From assembly GCA_964291495.2 (NCBI GenBank), contig OZ219872.1, forward strand, positions 224,001 through 288,000: 64,000 bases of DNA. The letters run 5' to 3'. Both the position numbers and the translations under genes were made by a program. The stretch is from Dehalococcoidia bacterium (GTDB lineage Bacteria; Chloroflexota; Dehalococcoidia; UBA2979). Shown piece by piece: positions 29,152-37,585 of this stretch. Below the pieces are notes generated by a model. It had not been told where the DNA came from, made no database searches, and saw only the letters and a list, made by a program, of their open reading frames with translations. The first letter of the stretch is position 1. Every line of letters begins with the position of its first letter.

Positions 29152-30618
29152 ATGACATACGAATCGTTCCAACCGCAAGCCCGGGTCGTTGATGAGTACG
29201 AGAGTCCCATCTCGGGCTATCAGCTGCTGATGATGCTGCGGATCGAGAATGCGCCGGGCAAGCTCGGCCTGGTCACCACCGCGATCGGCGAGTGCGGCGG
29301 CGACATCGGCGCGGTCGACATCCAGGAGGCCGCCAGCGACTACATGGTCCGCGAGCTGCGCGTCTTCTGCCGCGACGTGAACCACGCGCGCGAGATCGTC
29401 GGCGCCGTCGAGGCCGTCGACGGTGTCGAGGTGCAGCGCGCCTCGGACCGCACCTTCCAGCTCCACCGCGGCGGGAAGATCGAGATCGCCAACAAGGTGC
29501 ACATCCGCACGAACGCGGAGCTCTCCCACGTCTACACGCCTGGCGTCGCGCGCGTCTCGATGATGGTGCACGACGAGCCGGACTCGGTCTGGGCGCTGAC
29601 CGCGCGCCGCAACACCGTCGCCGTCGTCACCGACGGCACCGCCGTGCTCGGCCTCGGCGACATCGGCCCGGAGGCGGCGATGCCGGTCATGGAGGGCAAG
29701 TGCATGCTCTTCAAGAGCTTCGGCGAGATCGACGCCTGGCCGATCTGCCTCGACACGAAGGACCCGGACCGCATCGTCGACATCGTCGAGGCGATCGCAC
29801 CCACGTTCGGCGGGATCCTGCTCGAGGACATCTCCGCGCCGCGCTGCTTCGACATCGAGGACCGACTCGTCGAGAAGCTGGACATCCCGGTCTTCCACGA
29901 CGACCAGCACGGCACCGCCGTCGTGGTCCTCGCGGCGCTGATCAACAGCCTCAAGATCGTGAACAAGCCGCCCGAGGACCTGAAGGTCGTCGTGCTCGGC
30001 GTCGGCGCGTCCGGGATTGCCTGCGCGCGCATCATGCTCAACTACGGCGTGCGCGACATCATCGGCTTCGACCGCACCGGGGCCGTCTACCCCGGCCGCG
30101 AGAACCTGAACCCGGCGAAGGAGTGGTTCGCCGAGCACACCAACCCGGACGGCTTCCAGGGCGACCTGACGCAGGCAATGCGCGGAGCGGACATGTTCCT
30201 CGGGCTCTCGGGTCCACGCATGCTCTCGCCGGAGCAGGTCGGCAGCATGGCCGAGGACTCGATCGTGCTCGCGCTGTCCAACCCGGAGCCGGAGATCATG
30301 CCGGAGCTGATCACCGGCCAGGCGCGCGTGATCGCGACCGGGCGCTCCGACTACCCGAACCAGGTCAACAACGTGCTCTGCTTCCCCGGGCTCTTCCGCG
30401 GCGCCTTCGACGCCGGCGCGAAGCGCATCACCGAGGAGATGAAGCTCGTCGCGGCGCATGCGATCGCCGAGGTCATTCCCGACGACCAGCTCAACGAGGA
30501 GTACATCCTGCCCTCGGTCTTCAACGAGGAGGTCGTGCGCCGCGTCGCCGCAGCGGTCGCCGAGGAGGCGCGCCGCACCGGCAACGTCCGCCAGGCCGGC
30601 TCCCGGGTCTTCGTCTAG
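29152..30618 (+). CDS. NAD-dependent malic enzyme with N-terminal ACT domain
   Basis: YTPGVA, DGTAVLGLGDIGP, PVMEGK, FHDDQHGTA and TGRSDYPNQVNN motifs. Confidence 0.95.
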   Translation: MTYESFQPQARVVDEYESPISGYQLLMMLRIENAPGKLGLVTTAIGECGGDIGAVDIQEAASDYMVRELRVFCRDVNHAREIVGAVEAVDGVEVQRASDRTFQLHRGGKIEIANKVHIRTNAELSHVYTPGVARVSMMVHDEPDSVWALTARRNTVAVVTDGTAVLGLGDIGPEAAMPVMEGKCMLFKSFGEIDAWPICLDTKDPDRIVDIVEAIAPTFGGILLEDISAPRCFDIEDRLVEKLDIPVFHDDQHGTAVVVLAALINSLKIVNKPPEDLKVVVLGVGASGIACARIMLNYGVRDIIGFDRTGAVYPGRENLNPAKEWFAEHTNPDGFQGDLTQAMRGADMFLGLSGPRMLSPEQVGSMAEDSIVLALSNPEPEIMPELITGQARVIATGRSDYPNQVNNVLCFPGLFRGAFDAGAKRITEEMKLVAAHAIAEVIPDDQLNEEYILPSVFNEEVVRRVAAAVAEEARRTGNVRQAGSRVFV

Positions 30619-30664
30619 CGACGAACAGTACCTCGAGGGCGGGCGGGCCAAGCCGCCCTGCGCG

Positions 30665-31650
30665 CGTCCGACGTCCACGAGACGAGTACCCCCGAGGGCG
30701 CAACGACCCACCGAGCCGGAAGCACCTGCGGCGAGCCCCCTCACCCCCTCCCTCTCCCCCAGGAGAGGGGGTCGGAGCGGAGCCGGAGGCCGGTTTCCCT
30801 ACCATCGTCATTCCGGCGGAAGCCGGAATCCAGCCCGAGCCGCGCAGCGCGCTCGCTCCGACGTCCGCGGGGCAAGTACCCGCGAGGGCGCAACGACCCA
30901 CCGAGCCGGAAGCACCTGCGGGCGAGCCCCCTCACCCCCTCCCTCTCCCCCAGGAGAGGGGGCCGGAGCGGAGCGGGAGCGTCCTCGATGGTCGCGTCGT
31001 GCGCGGCGGACCGCTGGGGGGCGTGGGGGGCTAAGCCCCCCACAGAAGGAAAGTCCGAGGGCGGGTGGGTGGGCCGAGCGGCGCGCAGCGCCCGCTCATC
31101 CGACGTCCGCGGGGCACGAGCTTTCGAGCGCAACAGCTCATTGAGGTGGGACGCAACCGCGGGCGAGCCCCCTCACCCCCTCCCTCTCCCCCAGGAGAGG
31201 GGGCCGGAGGGGAGCCGGAGGGGCGGTTCACCACCCTCGTCATTCCGGCGGAAGCCGGAATCCAGCCGAGCCGCGCAGCGCGCTCGCTCCGACGTCCGCG
31301 CGGCAAGTACCCGCGAGGGCGCAACGACCCACCGAGCCGGAAGCACCCGCGGCGAGCCCCCTCACCCCCTCCCGCTCCCCCAGGAGAGGGGGCCGGAGCG
31401 GAGCGGGAGCGTCCTCGATGGTCGCGTCGTGTGCGGCGGACCGCTGGGGGGCGTGGGGGGCTAAGCCCCCCACAGAAGGAAAGTCCGAGGGCGGGTGGGT
31501 GGGCCGAGCGGCGCGCAGCGCCCGCTCATCCGACGTCCGCGGGGCACGAGCTTTCGGGCGCAACAGCTCATTGAGGTGGGAAGCACCCGCGGGCGAGCCC
31601 CCTCACCCCAACCCTCTCCCCCGGGAGAGGGGGCCGGAGGGGAGCCGGAG
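30665..31650. repeat. Mosaic palindromic (BIME-like) repeat array with about 430-bp higher-order period
   Basis: Five copies of GAGCCCCCTCACCCC..CCCTCTCCC..GGAGAGGGGG at 30733, 30924, 31165, 31354 and 31595, alternating with two other palindromes. Confidence 0.9.
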
Positions 31651-31665
31651 CGTCGGGGACGGGGC

Positions 31666-32271
31666 CTACTGGTAGGAGTAGCGCTGTTCCTTCCACGGGT
31701 CGCCGTGGATGTGGTAGCCGTACATCTCCCAGAAGCCGGGGCGCACCTCGGGCAGGAACTCCATGCCGCGCACCCACTTCGCGCTCTTCCAGAAGTAGAG
31801 CTGCGGGATCACCCCGCGCAGCGGGCCGCCGTGATCGCGCTCGATCGGCTGGCCGTCGTGGGTGTGCGCGAACAGCACGCCGTCGAGCAGCAGCTCGTCG
31901 AGCGACACATTCGTCGTGTAGCCGCCGTAGGAGTGGAACATCACTTCCTTCGCCTCGGGCAGCACCTTCGCGAGGGCCATCACGTCGCTGAAGCGCACGC
32001 CGCGCCAGTGATTGTCGTAGCGGCTCCAGGTGGTGACGCAGTGGATGTCCGAGGTGTCCTCGTACTCCGGGAGCGCGTTGAAGTCCTCCCAGTTGAGGCG
32101 CACCTCCTCCTCGACGAGGCCGAAGATCCGGAACTCCCACGTCGCGAGGTCGATGCGAGGCGTGGAGCCGTAGGTCAGCACCGGCCAGCCGTCGGTCAGG
32201 CGCTGTCCGGGCGGGAGGCGGTCCTCGGGGGGGCGCACCGGCTTGGGGCCGGGCATGTTTCTCGTCGTCAC
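31666..32271 (-). CDS. Sulfite oxidase-like molybdopterin oxidoreductase
   Basis: RLPPGQ, DIHCVTTWS, HGGPLR, YFWKSAKW and GFWE.YGYH motifs; GTG start after GAGGAG. Confidence 0.9.
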   Translation of the reverse strand: MTTRNMPGPKPVRPPEDRLPPGQRLTDGWPVLTYGSTPRIDLATWEFRIFGLVEEEVRLNWEDFNALPEYEDTSDIHCVTTWSRYDNHWRGVRFSDVMALAKVLPEAKEVMFHSYGGYTTNVSLDELLLDGVLFAHTHDGQPIERDHGGPLRGVIPQLYFWKSAKWVRGMEFLPEVRPGFWEMYGYHIHGDPWKEQRYSYQ

Positions 32272-32402
32272 GAATGCTCGCTCCTCACCACCGCGCTCGG
32301 GCCGTGCGCGCGCGCGTCTGTCGCTCGCGTCCATCGTATCGGATGCGCGCTCACACGCGAGGGCGAACGGACCGCAACCGCGCCCTTCGATAGGATGGAG
32401 GC

Positions 32403-32957
32403 ATGGAGCGAGCCGTCGCCGCGACCGGATCGGACGACCACCCCGCGCGCCTCGAGGCGCCGCGCCGGCACCTCCGGCGCTTCGCGGCGATCGCCGCGGC
32501 GGTCGTGATCCTCGACCAGCTCACGAAGGCGCTCGTGCGCGGCTGGCTGGACGAGCGCGAGACCTGGCCCGAGGGCTTCGATCTGATCCGCATCTCCCAC
32601 GTCGAGAACTCCGGGGCCGCGTTCGGCATCCTGCAGGGCGGCGGACCGTTCCTGATCGCCAGCTCGATCCTCGGCGCGATCATCGTGCTGGTCTTCCTGC
32701 GCGCCGCACCGCCCGGCGACCGGCTCTACGAGACCGCGCTGGCGCTCGTCCTCGGCGGCGCGATCGGCAACCTGATCGACCGGCTCTTCCGAGGCACCGT
32801 GACGGACTTCATCGACCCCACGCACTACCCCGCCTTCAACATCGCCGACTCCTCGATCGTCGTCGGCGTGATCGCGCTCGTCGTGCTCTCGCTGTGGCGG
32901 CCGGGCGGCGAGACTGACGGCGAGGCGACGGGCGGCGGCGAGGAGGCGAGTGGCTGA
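32403..32957 (+). CDS. lspA: Signal peptidase II
   Basis: DQLTK, N.GAAFG, GNLIDR, V.DF and FNIAD motifs. Confidence 0.95.
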   Translation: MERAVAATGSDDHPARLEAPRRHLRRFAAIAAAVVILDQLTKALVRGWLDERETWPEGFDLIRISHVENSGAAFGILQGGGPFLIASSILGAIIVLVFLRAAPPGDRLYETALALVLGGAIGNLIDRLFRGTVTDFIDPTHYPAFNIADSSIVVGVIALVVLSLWRPGGETDGEATGGGEEASG

Positions 32958-33916
32958 TGCAGCTCGAACGCTTCGCCGCCCCACGCACGGACCGCCTCGA
33001 CCGGCTCGTCGCCGATCAGCTCGCGCAGCTCTCGCGCAGCCAGGCGCAGCGGCTGATCGAGGACGGCCGCGTCGAGGTCGCCGGCGAGCCGCGCACCCGC
33101 GCCGGCCGAGAGGTGCCCGAGGGCGCCGAGATCGCGATCCGCCTGCCCGCCCAGCCGGACCTCGACGCGATGGCGCTCGACGTGCCACTGGACGTGCTCT
33201 TCTCCGACGAGCACACGCTGATCATCGACAAGCAGCCGGGGCTGCTGGTGCATCCGGTGCAGGGCCGCCCGGCGGTCACGCTCATCCACACCGTGCGGGC
33301 GCGCTACCCCGAGGTGCAGGAAATCGGCGGGACACGCTCCGGCCTCGTGCACCGCCTCGACCGCGACACCTCGGGCGTCATCGCCTTCGCCCGCTCCGCC
33401 GCCGCGCGCGACGCGCTGCGCGCGCAGTGGAAGGCGCGTGAGACGCTCAAGATCTACCTCGCGATCGCCGAGGGCGTCGTCGAGCCTCGGCGCGGCCGCA
33501 TCGACGCCCCGCTCGGTCCCGACCCCGCCGACCCGACGCGCCGGACCGTCGTCGAGCGCGGCGACCCGGCGTTCAGCGAGTACCGCGTGCTGGAGCAGTA
33601 CGGCGAGGAGGCCGCCCTGCTCGAAGTCCGCATCCTGACCGGCCGCACGCACCAGATCCGCGTCCACCTGCAGGCGATGGGCCACCCGATCCTCAGCGAC
33701 GGCGTCTACGGCAACCCCTCGCCGCGGATCGCGCGGCAGGCATTGCACGCGCGGCGCCTCGGCCTCTGCCTGCCCTCGAGCGGCGAGTGGCGCGAGTTCG
33801 AGGCGCCGCTGCCGGACGACATCGGCGAGGCGATCGAGGCGCTGCGCGCCGACCACGGCGTGGAGGCGCAGCCGCTCGCCGCCTCGGGCGCCCCGGGTAC
33901 GGGAGGCGTGCGATGA
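32957..33916 (+). CDS. RluA/RluD family pseudouridine synthase
   Basis: S4 domain; HRLDRDTSG and TGRTHQIRVH motifs. Confidence 0.95.
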   Translation: MQLERFAAPRTDRLDRLVADQLAQLSRSQAQRLIEDGRVEVAGEPRTRAGREVPEGAEIAIRLPAQPDLDAMALDVPLDVLFSDEHTLIIDKQPGLLVHPVQGRPAVTLIHTVRARYPEVQEIGGTRSGLVHRLDRDTSGVIAFARSAAARDALRAQWKARETLKIYLAIAEGVVEPRRGRIDAPLGPDPADPTRRTVVERGDPAFSEYRVLEQYGEEAALLEVRILTGRTHQIRVHLQAMGHPILSDGVYGNPSPRIARQALHARRLGLCLPSSGEWREFEAPLPDDIGEAIEALRADHGVEAQPLAASGAPGTGGVR

Positions 33917-35397
33917 GCGTCCGAGTCCGCTACGCGCCCAGCCCCACCGGCGACCCGCACGTCGGCAACATCCGCACCGCGATCTGGACCTGGCTGCACG
34001 CCCGCCGCCACGGCGGCGCCTTCATCCTCCGCATCGAGGACACCGACCAGTCGCGCGCCGTCGAGGGCTCCGTCGAGCGCATCGAGGACTCGCTGCGCTG
34101 GCTCGGCCTCGACCTCGACGAGGGGCCGGAGCAGGGCGGCGACTACGGCCCCTACGTGCAGTCGCAGCGCCTCGAGCGCTACCACGCCGCCAGCGAGCAG
34201 CTGCTGCGCGACGGCAACGCCTACCGCTGCTTCTGCACCCCCGACGACCTGCGCGCGATGCGCGAGCGCCAGCGCGCCGCCGGCCGCCCGCAGGGCTACG
34301 AGGGCGTCTGCCGCGACCTCGATGCCGCGAGGGGCGCCGAGCGCGCCGCCAGCGGCGAGTCGCACGTGATCCGCTTCCGCATGCCGCGCGACGGCGTCAC
34401 GGTCTTCAACGACCTGATCCGCGGCGCGATCCGCTACGAGAACCGCCTGCTCGACGACCTCGTGCTGCTCAAGTCGGACGGCTTCCCCACTTACCACCTC
34501 GCCCACGCCGTCGACGACCACGCGATGGCGATCACCCACGTCACCCGGGGCGACGAGTGGATCCCCTCGACGCCGCGCCACGTGCGGCTCTTCGAGGCGC
34601 TCGGCTACGAGCCGCCGATCTACGTGCACACGCCCGTCATCCTCGGGCCGGACGGGGGCAAGCTCTCCAAGCGCCACGGCGCGCAGTCCGTGCTGGAGTA
34701 CGCCGCCGAGGGCTACCTGCCGGAGGCGCTGCTCAACTTCCTCGCGATCATGGGCTGGGCGCTGGACGACCGGACCGAGATCCTGTCCGCCGCCGAGATG
34801 TCCGCCGCCTTCGACCTCGCCGACCTCAACCCGGCGCCGGCCGGCTTCAACAGCGAGAAGCTGGAGTGGATGAACGGCGTCTACATGCGCCAGCTCCCCG
34901 AGGCCGACCTCGCCGCGCGCTTCGCCGAGCGGCTGGACCGCGACCTGCCGGACTCGGTCGCCCGGCCCGTGGACACTGGGCTGGTCGAGCAGTTCACCCC
35001 GCTGATCCGCGAGCGCGTGAAGCTGCTCTCCGAGGTGGCCGAGCTGACCGACTTCTTCTTCGCCGAGGACGTCCCGGTCGCCGAGCCGGGCGAGTTCCTC
35101 GGCCGCTCCTTCCGTCGCGAGCCGGAGCGGGCCGCGCCCGCGCTGGCGGCCGCCATCGCAACGCTCGATGGCCTGCGCGACGACTGGCGCACCGAGCCCC
35201 TGGAAGCGGCGCTGCGCGCGCTCGCCGAGGAGCTGGGCGTGCGCGCGGGCGACCTGTTCATGCTCTGTCGCGTCGGCGTGACCGGGAAGCGCGTCACCCC
35301 ACCTCTGTTCGAGACGATGGAGATCGTCGGCCCCGCCGCATCCCTCGGTCGCCTCGCCGCCGCCGAGTCGGCCCTGCGCGCCGCCTACCCCTCGTAG
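33913..35397 (+). CDS. gltX: Glutamate--tRNA ligase
   Basis: RYAPSPTGDPHVG (HIGH-like), RIEDTD and KLSKR motifs. Confidence 0.97.
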   Translation: MSVRVRYAPSPTGDPHVGNIRTAIWTWLHARRHGGAFILRIEDTDQSRAVEGSVERIEDSLRWLGLDLDEGPEQGGDYGPYVQSQRLERYHAASEQLLRDGNAYRCFCTPDDLRAMRERQRAAGRPQGYEGVCRDLDAARGAERAASGESHVIRFRMPRDGVTVFNDLIRGAIRYENRLLDDLVLLKSDGFPTYHLAHAVDDHAMAITHVTRGDEWIPSTPRHVRLFEALGYEPPIYVHTPVILGPDGGKLSKRHGAQSVLEYAAEGYLPEALLNFLAIMGWALDDRTEILSAAEMSAAFDLADLNPAPAGFNSEKLEWMNGVYMRQLPEADLAARFAERLDRDLPDSVARPVDTGLVEQFTPLIRERVKLLSEVAELTDFFFAEDVPVAEPGEFLGRSFRREPERAAPALAAAIATLDGLRDDWRTEPLEAALRALAEELGVRAGDLFMLCRVGVTGKRVTPPLFETMEIVGPAASLGRLAAAESALRAAYPS

Positions 35398-35477
35398 AGC
35401 GCGGCCCTCGAGGGCGCTCGCACGCCTCGCTGGATCGTGACCGCTGGCAGTGGTTTTGCTAGGGTGGAGAGGTCCGC

Positions 35478-35551
35478 TGGGGACTCGTCTAATGGTAGGA
35501 CAGCTGACTCTGGATCAGTAGGTCGGGGTTCGAATCCTCGGTCCCCAGCCA
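35478..35551 (+). tRNA. tRNA-Gln (CUG)
   Basis: TGGGGAC...GTCCCCA-GCCA; anticodon loop CTCTGGA. Confidence 0.95.
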
Positions 35552-35798
35552 ATCCTCCCCATACGGTTTTGGCACGCCGGGCGCGTAATAGACGGCCTGT
35601 CCATTACGCGGGCCAGTACGGGCGAGGTCGTGCACGAGGTGCGAGGTCACGAGCCGTTCGCTGGACACTATAGAACGCATGACCTAGCCTAGCCGGAGCC
35701 GCGACGACCGACGAACTCCCCACCGTCGCGGCGCACGGCAGCCACGGCGATCGTTCGTTTTCCGGCGGCGGCCTCCGATGAGCAGGCGGGGGACCATC

Positions 35799-36635
35799 AT
35801 GCCTCTACTTCCACCCCACTTTTTGGACACCGTTGTCGCTCTGGGAGTGCCGCTGGCGGACGACAGCGTCCGCTATACCGCTACTGGGTTCTTCTACGGA
35901 CTGCCCTCTGGCGAGGATGGTCAGTACGAAGTGTTCCTTGTAACCAACCGCCACGTCGTGGAAGGAGCAGCCTCGCTCAAGGCGCGCCTAAACCGTTCTG
36001 GGCGAGCGGATTCTCAGACATACGATGTGGACCTCGAACAGGGAGATTCGAAGCTCTGGACGGCGCATGACACCTGCGACATCGCGGTGATCCCTGTGAA
36101 CGCCAGAATGTTGCAGGATTCTGGGATCCAATTCCGATGGTTTCAGAGCGATCAGCAACCCACACGCGAGGAAGCGGCGGATCTCGAGATAAGCGAAGGG
36201 GACGGCGTTTACGTCTTGGGTTTCCCGCTCGGACTGGCTGGCGAGCATCGCAACTACACAATCGTCCGCCAAGGGGTCATCGCTCGCGTGCGAGACTGGC
36301 TAGGGGAGAGCGGCCGGACGATTCTCGTCGATGCGTCGGTCTTCCCGGGAAACAGCGGGGGACCAGTCATTACCAAGCCTGAGAACTTCTCAATCGAGGG
36401 CACGAAGCACAACAATCGCGCCCTTCTGATCGGAATGGTGGCGTCGTACGTCCCTTACGACGATGTCGCAGTGAGCCAACAGACAGGCCGGCCTCGGGTG
36501 ATCTTCCAGGAGAACTCCGGCCTCGCAGAAGTGGTACCGATCGATGTGGTCCACGAGACGGTAGAGGCTGCGCGCCAGGAGAGAATCGCGACGCAAGAGA
36601 AGAGTGTGTCCGACCCCCCAGCGCAGCCAGCCTGA
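35799..36635 (+). CDS. Trypsin-like serine protease without signal peptide
   Basis: Catalytic triad motifs TNRHVV, DIAV and GNSGGP; visibly lower GC than core genes. Confidence 0.85.
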   Translation: MPLLPPHFLDTVVALGVPLADDSVRYTATGFFYGLPSGEDGQYEVFLVTNRHVVEGAASLKARLNRSGRADSQTYDVDLEQGDSKLWTAHDTCDIAVIPVNARMLQDSGIQFRWFQSDQQPTREEAADLEISEGDGVYVLGFPLGLAGEHRNYTIVRQGVIARVRDWLGESGRTILVDASVFPGNSGGPVITKPENFSIEGTKHNNRALLIGMVASYVPYDDVAVSQQTGRPRVIFQENSGLAEVVPIDVVHETVEAARQERIATQEKSVSDPPAQPA

Positions 36636-36730
36636 TCGGAGTGCCCTGCCTCCCGGCACGACGCGCCCCGGCCCTCACCGGGGCTCCGCTCGTAACTTCG
36701 AGGGCCGCCGTCAGTCCTCGTACCAGTCCG

Positions 36731-36973
36731 TCACGCCTGCACGTCTCGCGGGCAGGCGCAGGGGTGGGCGCGGGCGGCGGCGCTGATGACCTCGCGCGGC
36801 GCGCTGCGGCCGCCGAGCCTCCAGCAGCGACGGCAGTGGCTCAGGCGCTTCGGCAAGCACCGGCCCTGCCGGAGGTGCTTTGGGTCGATGCGCTCGCCGA
36901 TCCCGCAGTCCGCCCGATCGTGCCAGCGCGTCGCGCTGGCGCTGGCCGAGTGGTAGGGCTGGACTCCCGCCAT
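36731..36973 (-). CDS. Small His/Cys-rich putative zinc-binding protein
   Basis: YHS...WHD..DC..G..I.....R.G......C..C pattern; begins 3 nt after the upstream ORF. Confidence 0.5.
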   Translation of the reverse strand: MAGVQPYHSASASATRWHDRADCGIGERIDPKHLRQGRCLPKRLSHCRRCWRLGGRSAPREVISAAARAHPCACPRDVQA

Positions 36974-36976
36974 CGA

Positions 36977-37291
36977 TCACGCGGCCCTCTCCGGGCGCCG
37001 GGCCGCCTCGACCGGCGGCGCGGCCTCCACGGCAGGCACCGGGAGCGAGTAGCGGTAGACGGCGGCGCCGGGTCGGATCGGCTCGCGATCGAGAACTCGG
37101 CGCGCGACCGCGCTGGCGGCGTCGAGGTGGTTCAGCGGCGGGAGTTCGGGCCAGGCCGCCGCCCAGCGTTCCGCGAGCTCTCGCAGCAGCAGCGCCTCCC
37201 CGGCCGCGAGCAGTTGCGGCACGCGACGCCAGCGAGGATCGCGCGCACCTCGCCGTGCGCGAGTCGATCGCAGCACGGTCTCATCGCTCAC
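36977..37291 (-). CDS. Hypothetical protein
   Basis: 104-aa ORF, GTG start with GGAGG upstream; co-oriented with 36731-36973. Confidence 0.45.
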   Translation of the reverse strand: MSDETVLRSTRARRGARDPRWRRVPQLLAAGEALLLRELAERWAAAWPELPPLNHLDAASAVARRVLDREPIRPGAAVYRYSLPVPAVEAAPPVEAARRPERAA

Positions 37292-37456
37292 GCCGGCCTC
37301 CGGGCGAGTGTCGGCACCCCGCCTGGCATCCGCTCGCCGGGATGCGGGCGGGCACGGCAGGCCACTTCGCGTCGAGGGCGTCGCTCAACTGTCGGCAGCC
37401 TCCCGAGTGAGTCGTGGCGAGGAGTGCCTGACGCAGGCCATTGTCGCGCCTCGGCG

Positions 37457-37506
37457 GTATGACGGGTGTATCTTTCAACCTCACGAACGTATGAAGCGAT
37501 GTATGA
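37457..37506. promoter_or_regulatory. GTATGA-N26-GTATGA-N6-GTATG motif, copy 1
   Basis: Boxes at 37457, 37489 and 37501; same spacing as copy 2. Confidence 0.55.
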
Positions 37507-37585
37507 TGCCGGACGGCGTGGCGCACGAAGGGGCGAGCCGTCGGGCGTTGGAGCGGCCGGCCGGCGCCGGCATCGAGGGAGCAGG

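Noticed and set aside
31044-31062. AAGGAAAGTCCG resembling the RNase P RNA GAGGAAAGUCC motif
   Set aside because: It occurs twice as part of the repeat unit, and the other conserved RNase P segments are not evident.
30665-31650. CRISPR array
   Set aside because: Units are 190-240 bp, the intervening segments repeat instead of being unique spacers, and no cas genes are present.
30458-32508. ORFs running through the repeat array (PSPPPSPPGEG, VIPAEAGI peptides)
   Set aside because: Translations of non-coding palindromes, with no credible starts.
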